The notes: generated from the letters alone by a model not told the origin. Counted from the stretch's first letter, positions 49,085-62,530 are shown. The stretch: 63,741 nucleotides of DNA from Octopus bimaculoides (GCF_001194135.2 NC_068982.1:6508710-6572450), one strand, 5' to 3'. Numbers and translations are program-made.

Positions 49085-49967
49085 TATAGGTAAAATGAAA
49101 GTTAGGGGTTTAATAGTCATTAAGCTTTATTACAGACTACATATCTACAAGTTTCTTTAACTACACACAACTTTTCTTTCATTTATCATTTAAATTGCTG
49201 ACAAATGAGTATTGTTTTGCTTCAAAATTTTTGCTCAGGAATTATACCAACTTTTGGAGAATGATATATTTAAAAAAATTTCTATAACAAATAGTGTATA
49301 ATTAAAGTGAGATTGTGTAATAAAAATTAATAAAAATAACAGTTTAGTAGAAAATGCTAATCCTGAAAGATTCATTATATTTCTTTCTTCTCTTCTGTTT
49401 AAAGCATGTTTCCATTTCAGAATCTTGTAGAGATTGATGGAACTAACCAACTGATTGCTTCTCATTTGTACAACTCTCCTCAAAGAAATGCTAATAGAAT
49501 GAAAGATACAAAGGTGAAATCTCTTGGATTGATTTTTAGGAGTGATTGATCTATCAATCAATGCCGTTATTTTAATTTTCTTGAAAATAAATAAATAAAT
49601 GTCCTGAATAGAAATAACTTCAGATTTTTAAAGCTTAAAATTTAATCTTTTGTTGCTATGGTGATAGAGATTTTGAGAAAAAGACCGATTTGATCTGAAG
49701 CATCAAGATGACAGACTGCAAAAGTGAAACACAAATAAGAAAATACATGACGGGTAAAAAGATTTTTTTCATTTTCAAAACTACCGAGACATATAATTGA
49801 AAATTATTTAAAACATTTAAATAATCAATTTAAAAAGGTGGGTCATCAATTTGAAGCGAATAATATATTTATTCAAAATTTTGTTATCGATATGTCTAGG
49901 AAACAATTTATGAGAGAAAAAAAAAAAAAAACAACCAAAAACATCAAATAAAAAAAAGAAATTAAAA

Positions 49968-50350
49968 AGTGCAGGAGTGGCTGTGTGGCAAGGAGCTTGC
50001 TTCCCAACCATATGGTTCCTGGTTCAGTCTCACTGTGTAGTACTTGGGCAAGTGTCACTGTAGCTTCGGGCCGATCAAAGCCGTGTGAGTGGATTTGGTA
50101 GATGCATACTGAAAGAAGCCCATCATATATATGTGTGTATTTCTGTCTGTTTGTCCCCCACAATCACTTGACAACCAATGCTGGTGTGTCTACATCCCCG
50201 TAACTTGGCGGTTTGACAAAAGAAACCAATAGAATAAGTACTAGGCTTACGAAGAATAAGTCCTGGGGTCAATTTGTTCGTTCAACTTGAGGTGGTGCTC
50301 CAGCATGGCCACAGTCAAATGACTGAAACAAGTCAAAGAAAAGAAAAGAA
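49968..50350 (+). mobile_element. SINE family A
   Basis: family A pattern. Confidence 0.9.
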
Positions 50351-50404
50351 TTGTGTAGTGGCCTTGTGTTGGTCATAATCTGGCATTATAAAACAGAGGA
50401 GAGG

Positions 50405-50440
<36 letters not shown>

Positions 50441-50946
50441 GAGCAGAAAGTGTGTATTAGGGAGAGTGGAGGAAATGGATGAGAAGTGGCTTTTCAGCAG
50501 TTTGTGACTTCAGAGTGTAAGCAAGTGTAAACATGACATAATAGAATGCTGTGGTATTGACTTAATAAGATATTATATGATAATCCACTTAATGGCATAA
50601 TGGAATGTAAGTTGTGCTGATGTAATAGAACGCAGACCTGATAGAGAGGAGACAGAGAAATGTGATTTTTAGGAAACCTTTTATCATGTATGTGAAGATA
50701 AGGTGAATGCAAGTAAAATGAAATGTCTGATGTATACATATGGACATATATCAGCATGTGTGGGTGTGTGTGGGGGGGGGGGGGAATAGAATTTAGTCAA
50801 TTATTGTCAGCCGTGGGAGTAAACTATTCATTGTGCTTCATTTTGTCTTGCAATATTCTTATTAAGAATAACACCTTGCTAAAGATATCTTAGAACGCTT
50901 TTAACTTCTATTCAGTCATTAACCCACTGGATGTATAAATAAAATT

Positions 50947-51620
50947 TAAGGCAGCAAGCCGGACAAAATGCTCAGTGGCGTTTTGTCTGTTTTTACGTTC
51001 TGAGTTCAAATTCCGCCGAGGCCGATTTTGCCTTTCATCCTTTTTGCAGGGTCGATAAATTAAGTACCAGTTGCGTACTGAAGTCGATTTAATCGACTGG
51101 TCTCCTCCCCCAAAATTTCGGGCCTTTTGCCTAGAGTTGAAAAAAACATTTGTTTCTTACAAGGTGGCGAGCTGGCAGAAACGTTAGCACTCCGGGTGAA
51201 ATGCTCAGTGGTATTTCATCTGTCTTTACATTCTGAGTTCAAATTCCACTGAGGTCGACTTTGCCATTCGTCCTTTTGGGGTCAATGAAATAAGTACCAG
51301 TTATGCACTGGATCGATATAATTGACTATCCCATTTCCTCAAAAGTTTTCAAGGCCTTGTGCCTAGACTAGAAATAATTATTTATGGCGATTAAGGTAGC
51401 AAGCTGGCAGAATCGTTAGCACACTGGGGGAAATGCCTAGCGGTATTTCATCTGCCGCTACGTTCTGAGATCGAATTCCTCCAAGGTCATCTTTGCCTTT
51501 CATCCTTTTGGGGTCGATAAATTAAGTACCAGTTATGCACTGGGGTCAATGTAATTGACTTAATCCCTTTGTCCTTGTTTGTCCCCTTTATGTTTAGCCC
51601 CCTGTGAGCAATAAAGAAAT
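50947..51620 (+). mobile_element. Three tandem SINE family B copies
   Basis: heads near 50947, 51160 and 51392, each with TTCTGAG..AAATTC and ATAAATTAAGTACCAG; two tail subtypes. Confidence 0.9.
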
Positions 51621-51834
51621 GAATATATAAATCAAATTTACTTGAACAAACTCTTGATATACAAGTGCCAACAACAATTTAGTTGACTGACTCTGATGTC
51701 ACCCAAGTTTCTTTAAGCAATAAATAATATGGCAGAGAGTTCCAAAAGAATTGTATTTGTGCTGCTTGCCATTTAACTGCCACATTATTCATGTGAAAGC
51801 AGAAATCCAAGTATTATGAACCATTTTTTTCTTT

Positions 51835-52057
51835 TTCTTCTACTCTAGGCTCAAGGCCCGAAATTTTTGGGGAAGGTGGGACCAGTCGATTAGATTGACT
51901 CCAGTACACAACTGGTCCTTAATTTACACAACTCGACCCTGAAAGGATGAAAGGCAAAGTCAACCTCTGCAGAATTTGAACTCAGCACGTAAAGACAGAT
52001 GAAATACCACTAAGCATTTCGCTCGGCATGCTAATGTTTCTGCCAGCTCACTGCCTA
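51835..52057 (-). mobile_element. SINE family B
   Basis: reverse family B pattern. Confidence 0.88.
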
Positions 52058-52589
52058 AGTATTATGAACTTTTAGAAACATAATAATGGAACAAATGCTC
52101 CATAAGTGATATAATTAATGAGGTATGTAAGATATCCATCATCGTGTTCAACTGAAGAATTCCTTGCCTTAATCTAAATTAAAACAACAATATAACAATA
52201 AATATAAGAAGGCCATGGCAATTCAATCTATTTAACTCACCCCAGAATTGGTCAGCAAACATTCTAAAATGTGCTGGACTTGTGGTTTGTTCTTAAGATT
52301 TCAATTACTAAAAGTATGGTAAAACAGGAATCATTACGGTTGTTTAATAGCATCAACACTTGTAACTTGTCTACTAATATTTGACTTCATTGAGCCACTT
52401 TCTTCAAGTCTTCTCTTAGAACAAACACAAGACACAAAGGGCGTGGACGAGGGAATTAATTTAACAAATGAATAAAACTTAATCTTCGTAAGTACTTTGC
52501 AGCGATGAAGATGTTGAAAGGATTTTAAGGATCTCTTCATAGGACTTTGACTCAGATATATGTTGGTAAATAAACCATTTGTTAATTAC

Positions 52590-52780
52590 ACTGAAATAAT
52601 ATTTACAAACGTTAGGAAGAGCAGCATCCAGCCATAGGAAGCATGTCAAAGAGGACAATGAGGCCTGATGCTGCTCTTCAGCTTCCCAGCTTTTGTCAAA
52701 CCATCCAAAGAATGCTAGCATGGAAAGCGGATGTTAAATGAGGATGATGACAGCTATGACGACGATGATGATGATCATGA
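52590..52780 (+). mobile_element. Family C 3' part, decayed
   Basis: TTAGGAAGAGCAGCATCCAGCCATAG..GCTAGCATGGAAAGCGGATGTTAAATGAGGATGATG. Confidence 0.75.
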
Positions 52781-52849
52781 TACCTATTTACAAGATGGAT
52801 TGGTCTCATGATTGCTAAATGCATTAGTTAGTCAGGAACATAATATTCC

Positions 52850-53000
52850 ATCCAAAATTTCAGGCCTTGTGCCTAGAGTAGAAAAGAACATTTGTTTCTT
52901 ACAAAGTGGCAAGCTGCCAGAAACGTTAGCATGCCAGGCGAAATGCGCAGTGGCATTCCATCTGTCTTCACATTCTGAGTTCAAATTCCACCAAGGTCGA
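52850..53000 (+). mobile_element. SINE family B (tail of one copy plus head of the next)
   Basis: AAAATTTCAGGCCTTGTGCCTAG..GCTGCCAGAAACGTTAGC..GTTCAAATTCC. Confidence 0.8.
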
Positions 53001-53212
53001 CAGACAGAAATGAATTGAGTAGTTTAGTGTTTTTAACCATAGCATTTTAATATTCCAGTAGGTTGACACATGTCTATCTTGTGCAGCCAATAAATATCTG
53101 TAACATCTTTGGACAGATATTCATGACATATTTTATTGCATATTGAAATTATAGCCTTTTGTGCAATAAGATTAGTCAAGCAGTGCAATACAACTCTGCT
53201 TTGCAACCTTCA

Positions 53213-53600
53213 TCATCATCATCAACATCATCATCATCGACCGCATCATCCTCTTCCTCATCACCATCATCATTGTCATCATCATCAATATCATTCTCAA
53301 CATCGACATCGTCATCATCATCTTCCTCATTACCATCATCATCATCATCCTCACCATCATCATCATCAACATCATCGTCATCTGCATCATCTTCATCATC
53401 ATCTACTTTCCATGCTGGTATATCTGGTACAGGTTGCCACAGTCAAAACCAGCACCACTTAGACAAGTTGATGGATCGTATCTCACATTTCCTTCTTAAC
53501 TTGGTCTCTGTGCCATTGGATATCCATCCTAACACCAACAACTTTACAGGGTGTACTCATTGCCAATTTTTCTTTCTTTTCTCTTTTAGCACCAGCACTA
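53213..53600 (-). mobile_element. Degenerate (CAT)n expansion plus a decayed family C end
   Basis: ~190 bp CAT-rich tract, then TTTCCATGCTGG..GGATATCCATCCTAACACCAAC. Confidence 0.65.
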
Positions 53601-54125
53601 GAGAGATGTCATGTCTTTAATGGAAGTATAGGGTCCTTACACTTTATGGAGTGTACAAGGTAGGCATTTCATAGCCTCAGCGCTAAGGAAGTAGCCATGA
53701 CCTTCACTAAAAGGACCTCTTGGCTAAAGGGACCTCGGGATCCCCACCACTTGACCCACTTGCCAGCCAGTATACAGAGCGAGAGGTAAGAGTAAAACGA
53801 TGATAATGAAATTATTGCATATAGTGCTCAGGTGTATTACAATTCATCAAAGGTGCATGTAAAGTGCAATAGGATTATGTGCAAAAGTGAGGAAAGTGAA
53901 CAGTGTAGGAGTCATGATATACATGTGTGCGTGCGTATGGACGGGGGGTGGGTGGATATCAGGTGTGGTGTTGGTGAATTTTGGGAAGCCAAGAGATTTT
54001 AAAGGATGTGATGGAGATATAAAAGCTAAAAGCATGAATAACAGTGATGAAAGGGGTGAGTGATGGGGAAATGATTGGTAAGGGAGCTCAGTATTCTGAA
54101 ATAAGTATGTGTATTCCAGATAAAA

Positions 54126-54308
54126 TGATCAAGGGGACAGGGCTATGCGAGTAGGTTAACATGACCAAGAGGACAGGGCAATGACAGTAGGTTAACATGA
54201 ACAAGAAGATAGGGCAATGACGGTAGTTAACATGACCAAGAGGACAGGGCAATGACAGTAGGTTAACATGGACAAGAGGACAGGGCAATGACAGTAGTTA
54301 ACATGACC
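54126..54308. repeat. 35-36 bp minisatellite x5
   Basis: GGTTAACATGACCAAGAGGACAGGGCAATGACAGTA units. Confidence 0.92.
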
Positions 54309-54578
54309 CACTGTTATCTAAAAAAAACCCCACATTCATCCAAATATTTTGATATCAATTTATCATATCCTTCCTTGTCACACACAACTCATACAATATC
54401 TGGTGGCCTTAATTCAGTACAGGGTTGGCCAAAATCACGTAACAATAAATCAAAACGATTTAATTCCAAGATTTATTTATGTTTAACAAATGAATGAATT
54501 TAATAAAAGCATCCTAATACGAAACATTATGACAATTGTTCAAAACTGAATGAAGTCCTTGAGCGACACAATTTTCAA

Positions 54579-54742
54579 ATAGGCGCAGGAGTGGCTGTGT
54601 GGTAAGAAGCTTGCTTCCCAAGCACATGGTTTCAGGTTCAGTCCCACTAGGTGGCACCTTCGGCATGTGTCTTCTACTATAGCTTCAGGCTGACCAAAGC
54701 CTTTTGAGTGGATTTGGTAGACGGAAACTGAAAGAAGCCCGT

Positions 54743-54814
<72 letters not shown>

Positions 54815-55735
54815 NNNNNNNNNNNNNNNNNNNNNNNNNNNNNNNNNNNNNNNNNNNNNNNNNNNNNNNNNNNNNNNNNNNNNNNNNNNNNNNNNNNNNN
54901 NNNNNNNNNNNNNNNNNNNNNNNNNNNNNNNNNNNNNNNNNNNNNNNNNNNNNNNNNNNNNNNNNNNNNNNNNNNNNNNNNNNNNNNNNNNNNNNNNNNN
55001 NNNNNNNNNNNNNNNNNNNNNNNNNNNNNNNNNNNNNNNNNNNNNNNNNNNNNNNNNNNNNNNNNNNNNNNNNNNNNNNNNNNNNNNNNNNNNNNNNNNN
55101 NNNNNNNNNNNNNNNNNNNNNNNNNNNNNNNNNNNNNNNNNNNNNNNNNNNNNNNNNNNNNNNNNNNNNNNNNNNNNNNNNNNNNNNNNNNNNNNNNNNN
55201 NNNNNNNNNNNNTTCAGGCTGACCAAAGCCTTTTGAGTGGATTTGGTAGACGGAAACTGAAAGAAGCCCGTCGTATATATGTATATATATATGTGTGTAT
55301 GTGTCTGTGTTTGTCCCCCCAACATCGCTTGACAACCGATGCTGGTGTGTTTACGTCACTGTAACTTAGCGGTTCGACAAAAGAGAATAAGTACTAGGCT
55401 TCCAAAGAATAAGTCCTGGGGTCGATTTGCTCGAATAAAAGCGGTGCTCCAGCATGGCCGCAGTCAAATGACTGAAACAAATAAAAGAGTAAAAGAAAGA
55501 GTATATATATATTTGTACGTGTTTATTGTTCGTGTCATTGTCTGTCTCCGCCACCATCACTTGACAACCGATGTTGGTGTGTTTATGTCCCCATCACTTA
55601 GTGGTTCAGCAAAAAAAAAAGAGACCAATAGAATAAGTACTAGGCTTACATAAAATGAGTCCTGGGGTTGATTTATTCGACTAAAGATGGTGCTCCAGCA
55701 TGGCCCTAGTCAAATGACTGAAACAAGTAAAAGTG
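54579..55735 (+). mobile_element. SINE family A spanning a gap, with a duplicated 3' half
   Basis: head at 54579, gap at 54815-55212, body to ~55502, second 3' half at ~55540-55735. Confidence 0.85.
54815..55212. other. Assembly gap
   Basis: N run. Confidence 1.
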
Positions 55736-55918
55736 TAAATAAATTGAACTGTAAGTATTTGTGGAATTTTGATTTATTGTCGGGCGACTTTTGGCCAACT
55801 CTGTATTTACTTATCTTTATGCATCTGTGTTCAGTCTGGGCCTGATTTTACAACTTTTCCATTTGGTTATTGCATAGCAAATGAGAAGAGACACTGAGGT
55901 CGAAAGCATCCTTGGCTT

Positions 55919-56083
55919 ATAGGCACAGGAGTGGCTGTGTGGTAAGTAGCTTGCTTACCAACCACATGGTTCCAGGTTCAGTCCCACTGCGTGGCACCTT
56001 GGGCAAGGGTCTTCTGCTATAGCCTCGGGCCGACCAAAGCCTTGTGAGTGGATTTGGTAGACGGACACTGAAAGAAGCCCGTC

Positions 56084-56115
<32 letters not shown>

Positions 56116-56361
56116 NNNNNNNNNNNNNNNNNNNNNNNNNNNNNNNNNNNNNNNNNNNNNNNNNNNNNNNNNNNNNNNNNNNNNNNNNNNNNNNNNNNNN
56201 NNNNNNNTTTACGTCCCCGTAACTTAGCGGTTTGGCAAAAAGAGACTGATAGAATAAGTACTAGGCTTACAAAGAATAAGTCCTGGGGTCGATTTGCTCG
56301 ACTAAAAGGTGGTGCCCCAGCATGGCCGCAGGTCAAATGACTGAAACAAGTAAAAAGAGAA
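55919..56361 (+). mobile_element. SINE family A, young-looking (CpG retained); gap at 56116-56207
   Basis: family A pattern. Confidence 0.92.
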
Positions 56362-56379
56362 TATGACAACATCCCTAGC

Positions 56380-56565
56380 GCAGGTGCCCACTACACTCTA
56401 TAAAGTGCCCAGTGATAGGAAAAGCATCTAGCCGTAGAAACCAGATCATGGAAGGTGTTCACCTCTTATTTGTATAGGAGAGCAGGACTCTGAACAAAAA
56501 CTGTGATACCTACTCCAACCCATGCCAGCATCAAAAGTAGATGCTAAGTGACGATAATGATGATG
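56380..56565 (+). mobile_element. Family C 3' part, decayed
   Basis: CCCACTACACTCT..AGGAAAAGCATCTAGCCGTAGAAAC..CCAACCCATGCCAGCATC. Confidence 0.7.
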
Positions 56566-57718
56566 ACTTCAAGGCAATTTTTTGGAAAGTGAAATAACTT
56601 AGAATAATTTTGAAATATTGACATTTGTTTTATCGTCAAATATAAATATTAAAGATATTATATATTAAATATTTCACATTTTCATCATTTACAAATGGAA
56701 TGAAAATTCATTTTGCCATGTTTCAAAATTAGTCTGTTGGATATTGAATCATAAATAAATAATTTTAATACTTGAACTTTTAGAGAATATTAAAGTTGGC
56801 TATGCATCATGTATGTACTTTATAATTTGTATTCATGTTATAATTTGTGTTCATGTTATGTTATTCTGTTGAAGATAAAATCTTAAGAATGATAAAGCAT
56901 ATTTTAGGAATATTTTTGCTGTTTTGTATGTCAAAATGATACTTTGGTTTACAGAAGCAGATTTTCCCAAAACTAGTTTCCTTCATATTTACTTAAACCA
57001 CACTAAACTTAAAAATTCATACTTGATATTTCATACAATCAAGAAAACACAGTAAATATTCATTAAAATACATTATGAATTTGTTCTGAATAACTTAGAA
57101 AAATAAACTATTCAGAAACTGAAAATATACTTACTAACTGTTGAAGTATACTTCAAGATTGATCTCATACAGCTTCTTTAGATTCATAAATATAAAAGAT
57201 AATAATGAAAGATATTGATTGGGATGAATTTAATATGGCTTTGTCACTTCAGTCTTGAAAGTCTCCATAAAATTGCCATTTGCTATCTGAATGTATGTAC
57301 AAACAGAATTATTTACTTTCCAGTTTCATACAAATTACATATCACATAATTTGATGCCACTTCAATTTTTATTCCATTTGAAAAATTGCTTTTTTTTTTC
57401 TATTTTTTGTTAACCATCATTTAGACTTTAGAAAATATAAGAAAGAAAGAAAAATAAACAAAATAATTTTTATTTGTTTCTTTTTCAGCCAAAATTATTT
57501 AAATAAACAATGGTAAAAATGAAGCAAGATAAATGTATTTATACTTTTATTGTAATCTTCAACCATTCCAGGAGGATGTTTCTAATAACAATATTCTTCC
57601 TGTCTTTTGATGAATTTTTACAATCACCGAGAATTATAATTGGTATATGCAATACACCTTAAAAAATAGATTTTTCACAAATTTTGTCTACTGAATACTC
57701 ATGCCTGCATTCCTTTAA

Positions 57719-58060
57719 TCATCATCATCACCATCATCATTTAACGTCCGCTTTCCATGCTAGCATGGGTTGGACGATTTGACTGAGGACTGGTGAACCA
57801 GATGGCTACACCAGGCTCCAATCCGATTTGGCAGAGTTTCTACAGCTGGATGCCCTTCCTAATGCCAACCACCCCGAGAGTGTAGTGGATGCTTTTACAT
57901 GCCACCGGCACGAAGGCCAGTCAGGAGGTACTGGCAACAGCCACGCTCGAAATGGTGTATTTTACATGCTACCTGCACAAGGGCCAGTCCAGCGGTACTG
58001 GCAACAAACTTGCTCAAATGTCTTTTCACGTGCCACTGGCACAAGTGCCAGGAAGGCGAG
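57719..58060 (-). mobile_element. Family C
   Basis: tail, core and ~3 units. Confidence 0.9.
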
Positions 58061-58207
58061 AAGATTAATTTCCATTTTTGTATGAACATTTTATCACTCG
58101 TAGTTTGAGGCATAAAATAATCATTTGCAAGTTGGACTTGAAATGAGTTGTTGCTGTTTCATATCGAACAACAAATGTACTTTTATGTTTCTACCTAAAC
58201 TACAATT

Positions 58208-58879
58208 TCATAAATATATAGGGATTGACAGTAACCTGCTTCTCCAACATACTGAGAATTCAGAAATAGCAGTCAAAGAACTACTGATTTCAAAACTACA
58301 AATTATTACTCTAGATTGATAGCGATATTTTTGATACACACAGAACAAAAAACAGTAGAGAAGAGTATAAAAAAACCACCTGCCTTTAGTTAATTTAGTA
58401 CGATCGTTTCACAGTTAAGAGTAAAGAATACTCTATTCTGATCTTCAGCTAAATATTCTAATAAATTTGTTAGTTATTTAGACATTAACAAATTTATTAG
58501 AATATTTAGCTGAAGATCANNNNNNNNNNNNNNNNNNNNNNNNNNNNNNNNNNNNNNNNNNNNNNNNNNNNNNNNNNNNNNNNNNNNNNNNNNNNNNNNN
58601 NNNNNNNNNNNNNNNNNNNNNNNNNNNNNNNNNNNNNNNNNNNNNNNNNNNNNNNNNNNNNNNNNNNNNNNNNNNNNNNNAACGATCGTACTAAATTAAC
58701 TAAAGGCAGGTGGTTTTTTTACTCTTCTCTACTGTTTTTTGTTCTGTGTGTATCAAAAATATCGCTATCAATCTAGAGTAATAATTTGTAGTTTTGAAAT
58801 CAGTAGTTCTTTGACTACTATTTCTGAATTCTCAGTATGTTGGAGAAGCAGGTTACTGTCAATCCCTATATATTTATGA
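58208..58879. repeat. Near-perfect large palindrome / foldback containing a gap (58520-58680)
   Basis: 58681-58879 is the reverse complement of ~58208-58410 with few differences; the inner arms meet around 58475-58487. Confidence 0.9.
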
Positions 58880-60634
58880 TTATAAATGATTTTTACCGAA
58901 AAGGTTTTTTCATACTGAGCTACCCGGCAAAATTGTTAATTATTAATTTTATTACTAATTGACGATTCCCTGCCCTGCATATCTATATTTTAAACTACAA
59001 TTTCTGTAGAAATTAAAAACTACTCAGCAATGTTTGTTTGATATGACATATGTTGAGGTCAAATTTGCCTTTATGTCAATGTTAGAAACTAATATCATAT
59101 TAACAACTGAATATTTATTTTTACTCTAATATTGCTGCAGTGCTTACATACATACATGTATATGCATGGGCAAGCATGGTTGAGCAGTCAAGATGTTCAC
59201 TTCACAGCCTCATGGTTCTGGGCTCAGTTCCCTTGTGAGGCATCTTTGACAATTGTTCTCTACTATACATAGATCTGGGTTATTTAGCAGATGGTAACTG
59301 ACAACAAAGTTACTTCTCTTATGTATGTGTGTCAGTTACCTTGCCTTGACATGTTCTAAATGCAAGCAGAGCATCACGATCATACAAGTTGTGTTGCATG
59401 TTCCCAGTTACTCATGTGCTCAACTAATCAACACTGGCTGTTTTATTATGGTTTATGGGGTAAACTTCATTGGAAGTGAGCAAGTTTACCCATAAAATAT
59501 CCTGATTGAAGATTCTGGAAAATTTAGCTTATAGTTATAAAAAACTGACAAATATAACTTTAGACGAGAGCATTTAGCATTTCTTAGGAAATTGTGTCAC
59601 TCTACTCAGTGAATTAGTCTCTTGCACTCTTTCATTTTTGCTTACTCAACATGCTGCTGTCATACTCAGCAAAAGATGTCAACCCTGAATTGTAGTTTTG
59701 AATCACACACATTAATGATATGCAGTATTTTTAATTCCTACTTACTTCATCTCTGAACTGCTTTCATAATATTATCCAGCATGATGTATTGCTGAAGCAT
59801 CCTAACTATTATGTTTGTTGTTTCATGAACATGGTTGCATCAAATTACTTACATGTACATGTGTAAATATAAATGATGTGGGTTGATAAATTATATGAAA
59901 ACACCAATAGAACTTGGTCATCCTTATCTTCACACACATCCTACTTAACGCTATAATCTACCAACAAAGAATTCACGACTAAACACCTCACTAAAAATTG
60001 GTATGATACCATTTCTAGCTTGACCAGAAGTGTTATCAAGTGTGAGAATCTTACTTTTGGTGATTTCTCAAAGAGATGGATCAAAGAAGCTGTTTAAAAA
60101 CTTCTTACTAAAGGCACAATTGATTGCTGGAACCAGCTTGCCAGGCACACATAGTCAGAGCTTTTGCAAATGGTAAGAGCAAAATTATTGCTTTTAGTGA
60201 ATTCTCAAAAACAAGAGCTCAGAAATAAGCAATGTAGAAGAGAAAGCGTTGTGATAATTATTTTACTTTATGTTATAAGAATTTATTCACCAATTTTAAT
60301 TTTTGTTTAAGATATGTGAAATAAATTGTTTTAACCCGTTCCCCGGCAACTTTTTGGGGGAGAAAATGTTTCATTTTCAGACGAATGTTTTTTTATCAGA
60401 CAAGCCTGCACTCTCATCTGATGTATCCAAGTTTCTAATAGAAGGTTCATACTCATTGTCATCTTCTGCGCTTGACATCTGGGCATAATTTATAAGAAAA
60501 ATAAACCAGATAGAAACTGAGAAATGCCGAGAATTGACGTATAAACTCGTCTGTGGCTGTTTTTGAAATTATATGTCTTGGACAAGTTTACTCATCACAC
60601 TCTGAAGACGACAAAATGGGTGAAGAATTGGGTT

Positions 60635-61100
60635 TGCCCACACCGGGCAAAATGCTCAATAGTATTTTGTCTGCTGCTGCATTCTGAGTTCAAATCCCAC
60701 CGAGGTTGACTTTGCCTTTCGTCCTTTCAGGGGTCGATTAAATAAGTCCCATTTACGCACTGGGGTCGATGTAATCGACTTACCCCCTCCCCGCAAATTT
60801 CAGGCCTTCTGCCTATAATAGAAAGGATTAGTATTATTATTATTATTAGTAGTAGTAGTAGTATTAGTTAAAGGCGCCAAGTTGGCAGAACTGTTAGCAC
60901 GATGGGCGAAGTGCTTAATGGCATTTTGTCTGCTGCTATGCTCAAAGTTCATATTCCACTGAAGTCGTCTTTGCCTTTCATCCTTTTGGAGTCAATAAAT
61001 CAAGCACCAGTTAAGCACTGGAGTCGATACAATTGACTAGACCTCCCTCCTCTCAAAATTTCAGGCCTTGCGCCTATAGTAGGAAGGATTATTATTATTA
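60635..61100 (+). mobile_element. Two tandem SINE family B copies
   Basis: heads near 60635 and 60870, separated by an ATT/AGT tract. Confidence 0.88.
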
Positions 61101-61241
61101 GTTCTTTTCAGGATAAGAACTTGAACTTGTCATTGGTTGATAAAAATCTAATTTTTTATAAAAGCAAATTGAATTCTTTATAAAAAAAAGGGTGCAAAAT
61201 TGATAATATGTATATGATAATTTCTATATTAACCAGTAAAT

Positions 61242-61607
61242 AACAAGAGCACTCGGAGAGCACAAGCCTCCACCAAAGCGACACCAATGTCCTTTCAACG
61301 ATTAGCTGGAAATGATTTTTAAAATGAGAATATCTGAAATAAACTCAACTGCTCTCACAAATGAGAATACTAAAAATGAACCTGACCACTCTCAAAAATT
61401 AAGTATAAAAACCGAAAACATAATCCAGAATCCTTGTCCAGAACCTGATTGTTCCCCAAATCTAATCACTTTGTGCCTGTCACACGGTCAAATATCCCTG
61501 AAAGTTTCATTTGAATCCATCCAGCAGTTCTTGAGATATCTTGTCCATGGATAAACAAACAAACATGACTAAAAACAATACCTCCGCCTTCGTTAAGGAG
61601 AAGGTAA
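61242..61607 (+). mobile_element. Helentron/HINE-like non-autonomous element, full unit
   Basis: AACAAGAGCACTCGGAGAGCACAAGCCTCC start, (AAAC)n, 3' ACCTCCGCCTTCGTTAAGGAGAAGGT hairpin; matches 2268-2560. Confidence 0.65.
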
Positions 61608-62084
61608 CGAGGTTGTATTGTAGACTGATAATTCCTAATGCACATGTTAGGTAGTTTCAAGAAGAAAATATAAAATCAATGCATTCTTCAAAATATTTTT
61701 ACTGACTTCCAGATGCTGTCACTGATTCTGAGGACAGCAAACTGAAAAATCTTCCCTAATTATCCATGATCTAGCTGACATGCTATCACTATAGCAACGT
61801 TGCTTTATAGCTAGACACACTCAATCAGAAAACAGCCAAAATCTAGGAAAATGATTGAACACCAATTTTCTCCATAACCCTAAGGCATTAATTAGATATA
61901 AAGAAATAATTGTCAGTTCTTCGAAAAGTATTTTCCTATTCACAATGCAGAAATTTCTTACTCCTGCCATAGGATGATAGCTTCAAAAGTAGCTGGAAAT
62001 CTGTTTGATCAGTGCTGGCAATGATGTTCACTTTACATTTCAATTTTCACAGTACATGATACATTTGCAGTTGTACATTATATT

Positions 62085-62530
62085 TATTTATTTCTTGCCC
62101 ACAGGGGGCTAAACATACAGGGGACAAACAAGGACAGACAAAAGGATTAAGTTGATTACGTTGACCCCTGTGCATAGCTGGTTCTTATTTAATCGACCCC
62201 AGTGCATAACTGTTTCTTATTTAATCAACACTGAAAGGATAAAAGGCAAGTTGACCTCGGTGGAATTTGAACTCAGAATGTAACAGCAGATAAAATACTA
62301 TTAAGCATTTCACTTGGCATGCTAGTGATTCTGCCAGCTCGCAGCCCTATGTATGAAAATATATTTATTTGTTTATTGCCCACAAGGGGCTGATACTTAT
62401 TTAATTGACCCCGAAAGGATGAAAGGCAAGTCGAACTCGGCGGAATTTGAGCTCAGAATGTGACGGTAGACAAAATACTGTTAAGCATTTTGCCTGGCAC
62501 GCTAACAATTCTGCCAGCTCACCACCTTCG
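62085..62530 (-). mobile_element. Two tandem SINE family B copies
   Basis: reverse family B pattern twice. Confidence 0.88.

Noticed and set aside
52334-52540. Candidate exon(s) on either strand
   Set aside because: The plus-strand AG/GT interval has stops in all three frames; the minus-strand reading has no independent support.
53136-53620. His-rich, Ser-rich and Met-rich ORFs
   Set aside because: Translations of a degenerate (CAT)n tail.
54684-55270. Repeated SINE A segment on both sides of the second gap
   Set aside because: Probably the same assembly overlap artefact.
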